A stretch of 64,000 nt of DNA, from contig CAWHAZ010000004.1 of assembly GCA_963827475.1 (NCBI GenBank), forward strand, positions 201,312 through 265,311, read 5' to 3'. The notes beneath the pieces were generated by a model. The model did not search any database, had not been told where the DNA came from, and worked only from the letters and a program-made list of their open reading frames with translations. Position numbers and translations under genes: made by a program. The stretch comes from an uncultured Chloroflexia bacterium. GTDB lineage: Bacteria > Chloroflexota > Limnocylindria > QHBO01. Shown here piece by piece: positions 53,806-62,697 of the stretch (positions within the stretch are counted from its first letter, which is position 1; every line of letters starts with the position of its first letter).

Positions 53806-54966
53806 GTGAGGCTCGAATCGCGGCACAGGGTCGTCCAGCTGCTGGCCACCGGAAAGGTGGGCGGGGCGCAGGGCAGCGTCACGGACCTGATGCTCCGCCT
53901 GGACCGATCCCGGTTCGCCGTCGAAGCCATCTCCCTGACCGATGGACCCGCCGTCGACCGCATGCGCGGTCTCGACCTGCCGGTCACCGTCCTCGACGAG
54001 CCGGATGACCGCCTCGCGGTCCGAGCCCTCGCCGCGCACCTGCGCGAGCGCGAGGTGGATCTCCTCCACGCCCACATGTTCCGCGCCGAGCTCCTCGGTG
54101 CCCGGGCCGCCCGCCTGGCGGGCACCCCAGCGATGATCGCCACGGTCCACTCGAGCCGCGTCCGCTCCCCGGACGACATCGCCGCCCTGGCGGCCGCGAC
54201 CCCGCTCATCGACCACCTGATCGCCCCGTCGGAGGCCATCGCCGCCAAGCTGCGCCGCGAGGGCCGCGGAGCGGCCGAGATCACGGTCATTCCCAACGGC
54301 GTGGACCTCGATCGATTCGGCGCCCATCGGTCTCCCGGGCAGCGAACCGCCATTCGCGCCACGCTCGGCATCCCGGCCGATGCCTTCGTCATCGGTGTCG
54401 TCGCCCGGCTGGAGCCGGAGAAGGGACATCGGTATCTCCTCGCCGCCTGGCCGGAGATCGCCCGGGCCGTGCCCAATGCCTGGCTTGCTGTCATCGGCGA
54501 CGGCTCCCTGACCGATGCGCTTCGCGCGCAGGCCCTCGCCCTTCCGCCCGCCGCCCGCAGGCGCGTGGTCTTTGCCGGTGGACAGACCGATGTGGTGGCG
54601 ATGACCCAATCCCTCGACCTGGCCGTCCTGCCCTCGCTCCGCGAGGCGCAGGGGATCGCGCTGCTGGAGGCCATGGCCGCCCGCGTGCCGGTGGTGGCCT
54701 CTCGCGTGGGCGGCATCCCGGAGACGATCCGCGATGGCGTGGACGGCCTCCTCGTCCCGCCGGCGGACCACGACTCCCTGGCCGCCGCCGTCATCCGCTT
54801 ATCACGAGACGTCGTACTGCGCCGCGACCTGTCTGCGGCGGGACGACGCCGGGTCGAGGATCGGTTCGACCTCGATCAGGCGGTTCGGCGAATCGAATCC
54901 ATCTATCTCGATGAGCTCGCGACCGCGGCCGAGCCCGTGCTCGCCGTCGGAGGTGTGAATCCATGA
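53806..54966 (+). CDS. GT4-family (GT-B) glycosyltransferase
   Basis: GGA, HAH, TVH, IPNGVD, VARL.PEKG, PS..E..G...LEAMA..PVV.S.VGG.PE. Confidence 0.9.
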   Translation: MRLESRHRVVQLLATGKVGGAQGSVTDLMLRLDRSRFAVEAISLTDGPAVDRMRGLDLPVTVLDEPDDRLAVRALAAHLREREVDLLHAHMFRAELLGARAARLAGTPAMIATVHSSRVRSPDDIAALAAATPLIDHLIAPSEAIAAKLRREGRGAAEITVIPNGVDLDRFGAHRSPGQRTAIRATLGIPADAFVIGVVARLEPEKGHRYLLAAWPEIARAVPNAWLAVIGDGSLTDALRAQALALPPAARRRVVFAGGQTDVVAMTQSLDLAVLPSLREAQGIALLEAMAARVPVVASRVGGIPETIRDGVDGLLVPPADHDSLAAAVIRLSRDVVLRRDLSAAGRRRVEDRFDLDQAVRRIESIYLDELATAAEPVLAVGGVNP

Positions 54967-55373
54967 CTGACGCCAGGCCGGGCATTCGCGTCGGGTCGAT
55001 CGTGATCCGGGTGGACGACCTCGAGCGCGAGAAGGCGTTCTGGACCGCGGCCCTCGACTACGTGCCGCGCGAGGGCGATGACGACACCTTCGCCCTGCTC
55101 CGGCCGCGGGATGGCAACGGGCCGAACGTCTCCCTCGATCGCTGGCCCACTCCGGTCCAGGTGCCGCCGAAGATCCACCTCGACCTGTACGCAGAGGACC
55201 AGGCGGCGGAGGTCCAGCGCCTCATCGGCCTGGGCGCGACGGAGGTCCAGTGGGATCGGAAACCTCCTGACGCCGACTTCGTCATCCTGGCCGACCCCGA
55301 GGGCAACCGCTTCTGCGTCATCGACGTCCACTGGGAGCCGCCCGAGCCAAGCGACCAAGCAGTCGAACCTTAA
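54963..55373 (+). CDS. VOC/glyoxalase-like protein
   Basis: FW.AAL.Y, HLDL, RL..LGA, LADPEGNRFC. Confidence 0.85.
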   Translation: MTDARPGIRVGSIVIRVDDLEREKAFWTAALDYVPREGDDDTFALLRPRDGNGPNVSLDRWPTPVQVPPKIHLDLYAEDQAAEVQRLIGLGATEVQWDRKPPDADFVILADPEGNRFCVIDVHWEPPEPSDQAVEP

Positions 55374-56110
55374 GCGGGCTTCTCCCACACGGAGACGTGG
55401 CTCCGGCTCTCGCCCGTGAAGGGCTGCCGTTCCCAGTCGCTCCATCGCTCGCTGAGGCTCATCCCGGCCAGGCGGGCCATGAGGTCCAGCTCGGCGGGCC
55501 ACACGTAGCGGAACGGTATGGCGGAGGTCTCTGAGGCGCCGGCCTCGTCCACCCAGTAGTGGTGCGAAACGAGGCTCTGCGTGGCGAGATCGGTGTACTC
55601 GTCAAAGCCCAGGTGGGTGGGACTGACGGCAAAGGGCTGGAAGGTCTCGCCTGGAGGGAGTCGCCGCAGGCCGGGCACCAGCACCTCGATCACGAAATGT
55701 CCGCCCGGCTCGAGATGGGCGGCGGCATTCTGAAAACACGCGACCTGCTCGTCCTGCGTGGTCAGGTTCATGATCGTGTTCCGGACGAGGTACACGAGGC
55801 TGAACGCCCCATCCACCATGGTCGTGGCGAAGTCGCCAATCGTCACGTCGATGTCATCCGCACCCGGCTTGGTTCGCATCTCGGCCACCATCGCGGGCGA
55901 CAGTTCGATCCCGCGCACCGGGATGCCCCGGGCGCTGAGCGGCAACGCAAGACGACCGGTCCCAATCCCGAATTCCAGAGCCATGCCAGCTCCCGCCAGG
56001 CCAGCCAAGAATTCGATCGTTGGACCGATCACGGACGGGTCGAACAGGTGCGGCGACCTGGCCTCATAGGTCTTCGCGATCCGCTCACCGAAGTAGTTGG
56101 GCTTCGACAC
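55370..56110 (-). CDS. Class I SAM-dependent methyltransferase
   Basis: LEFGIGTGR, GIELS..M, GDF, NT..NL..Q..Q..CF, ELDLMA.LAG. Confidence 0.88.
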   Translation of the reverse strand: MSKPNYFGERIAKTYEARSPHLFDPSVIGPTIEFLAGLAGAGMALEFGIGTGRLALPLSARGIPVRGIELSPAMVAEMRTKPGADDIDVTIGDFATTMVDGAFSLVYLVRNTIMNLTTQDEQVACFQNAAAHLEPGGHFVIEVLVPGLRRLPPGETFQPFAVSPTHLGFDEYTDLATQSLVSHHYWVDEAGASETSAIPFRYVWPAELDLMARLAGMSLSERWSDWERQPFTGESRSHVSVWEKPA

Positions 56111-56171
56111 GCAGGCAACTATCCCAAGAAACCGCAGCCGGGGCTTGACACGCCCACCGGTGAGGGTGTAT

Positions 56172-56207
56172 CTATAACGCACACCTTATAGAACGGGATG
56201 GTTATAG
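56172..56207 (+). promoter_or_regulatory. Tandem palindromic operator boxes upstream of the ArsR gene
   Basis: TATAAC-N6-CTTATA and TAGAAC-N6-GTTATA; TTGACA at 56145. Confidence 0.6.
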
Positions 56208-56213
56208 AGACCG

Positions 56214-56642
56214 ATGACCGGCGAACAGCAGCTCGACTCCGTCTTCAACGCGCTGGCGGACCCCACCCGGCGGGCGATCCTGGCCCGACTGACGGAGGGT
56301 GATGCCAACGTGGCGGAGCTCGCGGCGCCGTTCCGCATGTCGCAGCCGGCCGTCTCCCGTCATCTGAAGGTGCTCGAAGGGGCGGGGCTCATCTCCCGGC
56401 ATCGGCAGGCCACTGCCCGGCTGAGCCGTCTCGAGGCGGAGCCGCTTCGGGAGGCGACGGTCTGGCTCGCCGACTACCGGGAGTACTGGACCGAGAGCTA
56501 CGAGCGGCTCGACGAGCTGGTCGCCCGGCTCCTGGCGGAGTCCGTGCAGGACGAGGACGAGAAAGAGGAGAAGGACGAGAAGGACGAGGACGAGTCCCGC
56601 AAACCCGGCCGCAAGCGCGGCAAGAGCAAGAAGAGGAGCTGA
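56214..56642 (+). CDS. ArsR/SmtB-family transcriptional regulator
   Basis: F.ALADPTRR.IL..L, SQPAVS.HLKVL..AGLI. Confidence 0.9.
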   Translation: MTGEQQLDSVFNALADPTRRAILARLTEGDANVAELAAPFRMSQPAVSRHLKVLEGAGLISRHRQATARLSRLEAEPLREATVWLADYREYWTESYERLDELVARLLAESVQDEDEKEEKDEKDEDESRKPGRKRGKSKKRS

Positions 56643-56644
56643 CC

Positions 56645-57130
56645 ATGGCCACCACCACCATCGACGTCCCCGAGGGCCTGCCCTACGTGGACATCACCCG
56701 CGAATTCGACGCCCCGCGGGACCTCATCCACCGCGCCTACACCGATCCGGAGCTGGTTCCCCAGTGGCTCGGCCCGCGCGGCTACCAGATGGACCTCCAG
56801 AAGTGGGAGGTCCGTGACGGCGGCGCCTGGCGCTACGTCCAGACCGATCCCGACGGCAACAACTGGGCCTTCCACGGCGTGTTCCATGGCCCACAGACGC
56901 CCGACCAGATGGTCCAGACCTTCGAGTTCGAGGGCGTCCCGGGCCACGTCTCGTTCTCCGACCTGCGGCTCGAGGAAAAGGACGGCAAGACCACCGCCCG
57001 GACCCACGTCGTGTTCATGTCCCTCGAGGACCGCGACGGCATGGTCCAGAGCGGGATGGAAACGGGCATCGTGGAGGGCTACGAGCTCCTCGACGAGCTC
57101 ATCGCCAAGCTCGCCCCGGTCGCCTCGTGA
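56645..57130 (+). CDS. SRPBCC/AHSA1-like protein
   Basis: ITR.FDAPR.L...A.TDP.L..QW.GP, GG.WRY, F.S.E.RD.M. Confidence 0.88.
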   Translation: MATTTIDVPEGLPYVDITREFDAPRDLIHRAYTDPELVPQWLGPRGYQMDLQKWEVRDGGAWRYVQTDPDGNNWAFHGVFHGPQTPDQMVQTFEFEGVPGHVSFSDLRLEEKDGKTTARTHVVFMSLEDRDGMVQSGMETGIVEGYELLDELIAKLAPVAS

Positions 57131-57588
57131 GCGGTCCGGTGACCAGCCCGATCGAGTACAAGCTGGAGGTCGTCGTCCTGCCGGTCAGCGACGTCGACCG
57201 GGCGAAGGCGTTCTACGTCGACCAGGTGGGGTTCAACCTGGACGTCGACCAGGTGAACGGCGAGATCCGGGTCGTCCAGATGACCCCGCCGGGGTCGGCG
57301 TGCTCGGTGACCATCGGTGTCGGCCTGGCGGACATGGCGCCGGGCTCGATCAAGGGTCTCCAGCTCGTCGTCAAGGACGTGGACGCCGCCCGCGAGGACC
57401 TCCTCTCGCGCGGCGTGGACGTCACCCCGGTCCGCCATCACGACGGCACCGGCTGGGTGGACGGTCACGGCGGCGACTGGAACTCGTTCATCTTCTTCGA
57501 CGACCCCGACGGCAACGCCTGGACCGTCCAGCAGAGCCCGGGTTGGAAGGAAGCCGATGGCGAGCGGAGCCGCGCGGATGGCGCCTAA
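57127..57588 (+). CDS. VOC/glyoxalase-family protein
   Basis: V.PVSDVDRAK.FY, VQ.TPPGS.CS, F.DPDGN.W. Confidence 0.88.
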   Translation: MSGPVTSPIEYKLEVVVLPVSDVDRAKAFYVDQVGFNLDVDQVNGEIRVVQMTPPGSACSVTIGVGLADMAPGSIKGLQLVVKDVDAAREDLLSRGVDVTPVRHHDGTGWVDGHGGDWNSFIFFDDPDGNAWTVQQSPGWKEADGERSRADGA

Positions 57589-58012
57589 GCCCGGCGGGGC
57601 GGCCAAGGTCGACGCCTACCTGGCCGCCCGACCCGCCGACCAGGCCGCCGCCCTCCAGGACCTTCGCGAGACGATTCTGGCCGTGGTCCCGAACGCCGAG
57701 GAGGCGATCAGCTACGCCATCCCCGGCGTGAAGTACAAGGGCAAGGGCCTGGTCTGGTACGCCGCGTTCAAGGCCCACTGCTCGTTCTTCCCCGGCGCCA
57801 AGGTGGAGGACTACGCCTCAGAGCTGGGCGGCTACAAGCTCCACAAGGGCACGATCCAGTTCACGCCCGACCATCCCCTGCCCAAGGATCTCGTTCAGCG
57901 CATGGTCCGTCACGGAATGACCGATATCGACGCCGCGGTCGAGGCCAAGGCCTCGGCCCGGGTGGCCGCCCGCGAGGAGGCGGAGGCGAAGACCCGCCGC
58001 CGCCAGATTTAG
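57578..58012 (+). CDS. DUF1801 (YdhG-like) protein
   Basis: VD.YLA, L..LR..I....P.A.E.ISY..P, AFK.H...P, KGTI.F....PLP. Confidence 0.85.
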   Translation: MAPKPGGAAKVDAYLAARPADQAAALQDLRETILAVVPNAEEAISYAIPGVKYKGKGLVWYAAFKAHCSFFPGAKVEDYASELGGYKLHKGTIQFTPDHPLPKDLVQRMVRHGMTDIDAAVEAKASARVAAREEAEAKTRRRQI

Positions 58013-58575
58013 TCGACTCGGGTCCACCCCGACTGCCACTCTGCAGTGCGATTGATGTCCGTGGGGCACGGGTCATCCACGACGATGAACGTGAGGGTCT
58101 CTCCTTCATACGACCAGGTATAGACCCCGTCGCCTGTAGTGCAGGCACGGCTGCCGGAGCCGGCGAGGGCGACCTCGATTTCCGAACCGCATCTCGTCGC
58201 CGAAGACTCCGTACTCCCCGGTGATCTGGACGGTGAAGACTCCGAAGGCGATGGGGCCAGCGCCCAACTCGTACGTACCGTCGGATTTGAGGTCGATCAC
58301 CGAATCCTTATCAAACACTTCGAAGGTGTAGCGGCCCACGATCTCCGCGGGAATCTCGCCGTGGTCGAACGGAGGCATCGACGGCAGCGCTGCTTCGCTG
58401 GGTGCTGCCGACGACGGAGCGGGGCAGAGTGCTGCTCGCGGCGCTTGGCTCCGCTGCTGGGCTCGTGCCGCACGCGACGAGCAGGGTGAAGGTCGGCGAG
58501 CGCGATCAGCAGCCAACGGAAACTCCGTGTGCTGGGCAGGACTAAGCGGTGTGGAGCCAACCGTGGATCTCCCAT
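58009..58575 (-). CDS. Putative lipoprotein with S/P/A-rich linker (frameshifted)
   Basis: FRWLLIAL..FTLLVAC lipobox, then PAAEPSAASS..PSEAA linker; start uncertain. Confidence 0.45.
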
Positions 58576-58729
58576 GGGCCGACCAAGGCTCGGGCACGAA
58601 AGTGGGCCGCAGGAAGCCAGGACGGGTCGCGCAGTCTACACGGGTTCCGCGAAAGTAACGCAACCACCGCAACCACGGCTCCTGAAGAGCGTGACTTGCG
58701 CGGCGGATCGACGCGTCGGGTCAGCGCCG

Positions 58730-59425
58730 TCACTGGAGGCGGCGCTCCTCGTAGCCGTGGGCGCCGATCAGCGGGACGAACACGACCGGCTCCAGGGGGC
58801 GCTGGGTCCAGTCGTCGTCATGGCGCTCGACGAGGGTCAGCCACTGCCCTTCCCGGTCGCCGATGGGGATCACCAGCCGCCCGCCGTCAGCTGAGAGCTG
58901 CTCGCGGAGCGGGTCGGGGACCGATGGCCCGGCGGCGGTGACCAGGATCGCGTCGTAGGGGGCGCCGGCCGGCCAGCCCTGGGTGCCGTCCCCGACCTCG
59001 GTCAGCACGCCCTCGTAGCCAGCCGCCTCGAGGTTGCGGGCCGCCTGGGCGCTGAGCTGCGGGTCCCGCTCGACGGAGACCACGGACGCCCCGAGCTCGG
59101 CCAGGACGGCCGCCTGGTAGCCGCTCCCCGTCCCCACCTCCAGCACTCGCGCCTTGGCCCAGCCACGGGACGGGCGGGCCAGCTGGGTCATCAACGCCAC
59201 GACGAACGGCTGCGAGATCGTCTGGCCGCCGGCAATCGGGAGCGCCCGGTCGTCGTAGGCCATGGCCGAGTCCACGAACAGGTGGCGCGGCACGCGGCGC
59301 ATGGCGGCCAGCACCTCCGGATCGCGAATCCCGCGGTTCTCGAGCTGGGCCTGGACCATCCACTCCCGGGCCTCGTCCGGTGTGGCGTAGCGTCGCGGAC
59401 TGGGCCGCCTCCGAAACCACGACAT
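58730..59425 (-). CDS. pcm: Protein-L-isoaspartate O-methyltransferase
   Basis: VPRHLFV, AY.D..LPI..GQTISQP, VLEVGTGSGYQAA, GDG..GWP..APYD.I.VTAA, FVPL. Confidence 0.95.
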   Translation of the reverse strand: MSWFRRRPSPRRYATPDEAREWMVQAQLENRGIRDPEVLAAMRRVPRHLFVDSAMAYDDRALPIAGGQTISQPFVVALMTQLARPSRGWAKARVLEVGTGSGYQAAVLAELGASVVSVERDPQLSAQAARNLEAAGYEGVLTEVGDGTQGWPAGAPYDAILVTAAGPSVPDPLREQLSADGGRLVIPIGDREGQWLTLVERHDDDWTQRPLEPVVFVPLIGAHGYEERRLQ

Positions 59426-59461
59426 GACCGCATTCTGTGCCTCCGCGCTATCGTGCACGTG

Positions 59462-59797
59462 ATGAGCACGACGGAGACAGAGCTGCCGATCTTCCGCGAT
59501 CAGCTGATCGGCGCCGCCTGCACCCTCGATGCCCCGCAGCTTCGCGCCCGGCTGGGCGCGTGGCTGGCCCTGCGCGATCGGGCCCGGGCGGTCGAATCGG
59601 TCTCCGACGGTGTTCGGCTCGTCCTCGCCGCCGATGAGCCGATGGCCGACGTGATGGATCTCGTGGTCAGCGAGTCGGAGTGCTGCGCGTTCTACACCTT
59701 CACGGTCTCGGTCGAGGGACCGGAGCGACGGCTGGAGATCAACGCCGGGCCGGGTGGGGGACCGGCGGTGCAAGCGCTCCTCGGCCTAGGGGTCTGA
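59462..59797 (+). CDS. Hypothetical protein with ACTL...E..CC.FY motif
   Basis: ACTLDAPQL..R...W, ESECCAFYTF. Confidence 0.7.
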   Translation: MSTTETELPIFRDQLIGAACTLDAPQLRARLGAWLALRDRARAVESVSDGVRLVLAADEPMADVMDLVVSESECCAFYTFTVSVEGPERRLEINAGPGGGPAVQALLGLGV

Positions 59798-59902
59798 AGG
59801 CACAGGCATCGGTGTCGTAGGGCACCGCTTCTTTCGCTTCCGACCTTCCCCTCTGCGGACGCCCGAGGTACGCTCCCGCCGTCGCCCCGGGAGGGTTCCC
59901 CG

Positions 59903-60133
59903 TTGCACGAGATCCACCTCACCTGCTCTCTGTTCGACGTCGAGGTCCGCCTGCGCGAGTTCAACGGCCGCTGGATCGCTTCCGCTGATACGCCCGACGG
60001 GCGGCCGACGCTCGGCTGGGGCATGAGCGCTCTCGGCGCCCTGTGGTTCGCCCTGGAGCCATTCGGCGGGGTTATCGACGAGCTCCTGGCCAGCCTGCCC
60101 GACGAAGTGGCGGTGACGCTCGAGCGATCCTGA
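59903..60133 (+). CDS. Hypothetical protein
   Basis: 76-aa ORF with GGAGG upstream and G/C-ending codons. Confidence 0.55.
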   Translation: MHEIHLTCSLFDVEVRLREFNGRWIASADTPDGRPTLGWGMSALGALWFALEPFGGVIDELLASLPDEVAVTLERS

Positions 60134-60179
60134 CCCATGAGCAGATCCCACCCGGTCGCCCCCGCGGCCGCGTGGAAGG

Positions 60180-60437
60180 TCAGGACTGGGCGGAGGCCGT
60201 GGCGCGCTTGCGGGTGGTGGTCTGTGGCTCCGACGAGTCGCCCTCGTCCTCGTCAACCGGCACCGGCTCGGTCTCGTACGCGCCCAGCGTGGCGGCGTCG
60301 AGCAGCTCGTTGAACAGGCGATCGGCGCGGACCCGGAGCAGGCGACGCGTGGCGCGGCCGCTGCGCGGGGCGAGCAGGACGCCCACGACCAGGCCGACGA
60401 AGAAGAATCGAATGGCGATCTTGACGCGGCTGAACAT
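60180..60437 (-). CDS. YtxH-like small membrane protein
   Basis: FF.G..VG.LLAP.SG..TR. Confidence 0.7.
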   Translation of the reverse strand: MFSRVKIAIRFFFVGLVVGVLLAPRSGRATRRLLRVRADRLFNELLDAATLGAYETEPVPVDEDEGDSSEPQTTTRKRATASAQS

Positions 60438-60617
60438 CAGAGCGGGAGGATACCACCGGCCCGCCGGGGAGTCGGCGCGGGGCCTGGCCGGTCCAGCTCG
60501 GTCCCATTGCCCGCAGGACACGGTCGACGATTGCGGCCATAATGCGCGGCCCGGGCGTGTCCCAAGGCCGATTCGCGAAAGAACGACGGCCGCCGCCCGC
60601 ACCACGAGAGGAACCAC

Positions 60618-61079
60618 ATGAAGAGTCGTTTGGTACTTATCGCTGTCCTGGCGCTGGCCGCGTGCCAGCCATCAGCCTCGGAATCCCCGAGCCCGTCGGA
60701 AGGAGCGCCCAGCGCGGCGCCGAGCGCGAGCGAGGCCGCGGCCGCCACCGGGACCATCACCCTCCCCGACGAGGGCGCGGCCGTTGACGGGCCCGGGCTG
60801 AGCATCGCCGAAGCTCTCGAAACCGCCGGCGGGGAGCCGCAGCTGGTGAACGGCATCCTGCTCCAGGACACCGATGGAGCGATCTGGCTCTGCGAGTCGA
60901 TCTCGGACTCGTCTCCGCGCGCGTGCGCCGACGCGTACCTGCGGGTCGAGAACTACCCCGAGGACGCCGCCGCCGAAACCTTCGACCCCGAGAACGCGGA
61001 CGTGACCGGCTCCCAGGAGGAGGACGGCGTCGTCTGGCTCGAGGATCAGCAGCTGTACGGGACGGTCGTCGCCGACTGA
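60618..61079 (+). CDS. Lipoprotein with S/P/A-rich linker
   Basis: MKSRLVLIAVLALAAC lipobox; GAGGA RBS. Confidence 0.8.
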   Translation: MKSRLVLIAVLALAACQPSASESPSPSEGAPSAAPSASEAAAATGTITLPDEGAAVDGPGLSIAEALETAGGEPQLVNGILLQDTDGAIWLCESISDSSPRACADAYLRVENYPEDAAAETFDPENADVTGSQEEDGVVWLEDQQLYGTVVAD

Positions 61080-61080
61080 C

Positions 61081-61362
61081 CTAGGGGCTGGGGCTGGCCT
61101 CCGGGCTGACGCTTTCGCTCGGCTCGGCGCTCGGCTCTCCGCTGCCGCTCGGCTCCGCGCTCCCACTCGAGGCGGGGCTGACGACCGGTGTCGGAACCGG
61201 GGTCGGCTCCGGCAGGAAGCGGGTTGGGACGTTGAGGATGTCGAGCACGAACAGGCTGAGGAAGATCGCGATCACGATCAGGACCCAGCCGCGGGCCAGC
61301 CAGTCGTTGCGCGGCGGCAGCGCGCCCCGGTAGCCGGGGCCGTCGGACGGTCGAACGGTCAC
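61081..61362 (-). CDS. Single-TM protein with P/S/E-rich tail
   Basis: GWVLIVIAIFLSLFVL TM then PEPTPVPTP...SPEASPSP. Confidence 0.65.
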   Translation of the reverse strand: MTVRPSDGPGYRGALPPRNDWLARGWVLIVIAIFLSLFVLDILNVPTRFLPEPTPVPTPVVSPASSGSAEPSGSGEPSAEPSESVSPEASPSP

Positions 61363-62586
61363 TCACAAGCGCGGAAGCCTAGCCGATTCCGAGACCCGCT
61401 CCGCGCGTGCCTCACGGACCGGCGGCGGACCACTCCCAGGTTCGCCACGGCGAGGGCCCCGAGCGACGCGATCAGCAGCGCGGCGAAGCCAAGCGTGACC
61501 CACATGCCGCCGGTGGTGGACGGCGCCGTCGCGGCGTTCGGGAGGCTTGCCTGCGGCGTCCCGGTACCGCCGGCGACGGACTGCTCGACGGACTGCTCGA
61601 CGGACTCCCGATGGACTCCCCGATGGACTCCGCGACTGACTCCGCGATCGACGGGGGCGGCGGGCAATCCGAGATCGGGGTGGCGTCGTCCGGAAGGATG
61701 ACGTCCTGCTGGTTCGACGTGATCGAGACGGAACTCCGGCTGTGGAGCCACACATAGCTGAACGTAAAGCACGAATCGCCCGTCGCCGAAGAGCTCCATG
61801 GCGTCGGTGAGGTTGATCGACGCTTCGGCAAAGGTCTTCGAATCAAGCTGCATGGCCCTCGAGGAAGTTCTGCGCGGCGGGGATGGGGGCGGCGTTCATC
61901 GCGCCCTGCACCAGGTTTGACGGCGGGGACGGGCAGTTCGAGCCGGAGGCCCTGGTCCCGGCGAAGTCGAGCCACGCGCCTGCGTGCTCGTCGCCACTCC
62001 ATCGGCATACTCCGAGGACCGGCGGGTCGACGCTGTAGGTGATCAGCAGGTCACCGGCCGTCCGGGTCGGGACCTCGATCAGCCTGCCCGAATGGGTCTC
62101 GACCGCGGTCCGGTAGCCCGGCTCGCGCTGGTTGAGCTCGAACGCGAGGTGCGTCGTTCCGTTGTTCGACGCCCGGATGAAACCAAGGGCGAGGAGCACA
62201 TCACCCGTGCCGGGCTCCTGGGCCACGTAGCCGCTGAGGATGTCGTACTTGTCCGATCCCAACGATCCGAAGTCGAACGTCCACCCGTCGGGATTCTCCT
62301 CGCTGCTGCCGGGGCCGAACTGCGAGTCGCTATTTCCGCTCGGGTTGTCCGAGAGGCTGTTGGTGATCCCGATGATGGACTGCCAGTCGAGCCGGTCGTT
62401 GCCCGCTCCGCTGCCATCCGAGTCGACCTGGTTGCCGTCATAGCCCTCGAAGCAGCTGCCCGGCAGGGGCGTGCCTGGGGACGCGGGGCCATCGGGCGTG
62501 CAGAACGCCGCAAACACCAGGCCGGGCGAAAGGACGACGAGGGAGAACAGGGCGGCGCTTGCCACCAGCGCGAGCCGACGACGCAT
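61359..62586 (-). CDS. Secreted protein with C-terminal LPNAATA-TM-RRR signal (frameshifted)
   Basis: Signal peptide MRRRLALVASAALFSLVVLSPGLVFA; FIRA...G....AFELNQ, RT.GDLLI.Y, FAEASINLT domain. Confidence 0.7.
61574..61652. repeat. Degenerate 12-nt tandem repeat encoding an (E/Q)S(V/I)(A/G/E) linker
   Basis: GACTGCTCGACG x2, GACTCCC(C)GATG x2, GACTCCGCGA x2. Confidence 0.6.
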
Positions 62587-62697
62587 GACAGTTCCTCGAG
62601 GGCGGGCGGTCCGATGGGCGCCTCGGGCTGGGGGCCGGGGCAGTGTACGGCCCACGGAGTCGCGACGGAAGCCCCTCCGTCGGAAGCGCACGGCGGG

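Noticed and set aside
58540-58730. Possible structured RNA (CAC-GAAA-GTG hairpin, GCAACCAC x2)
   Set aside because: Short stems are expected at this GC and no riboswitch consensus is recognisable; more likely the promoter region of the lipoprotein
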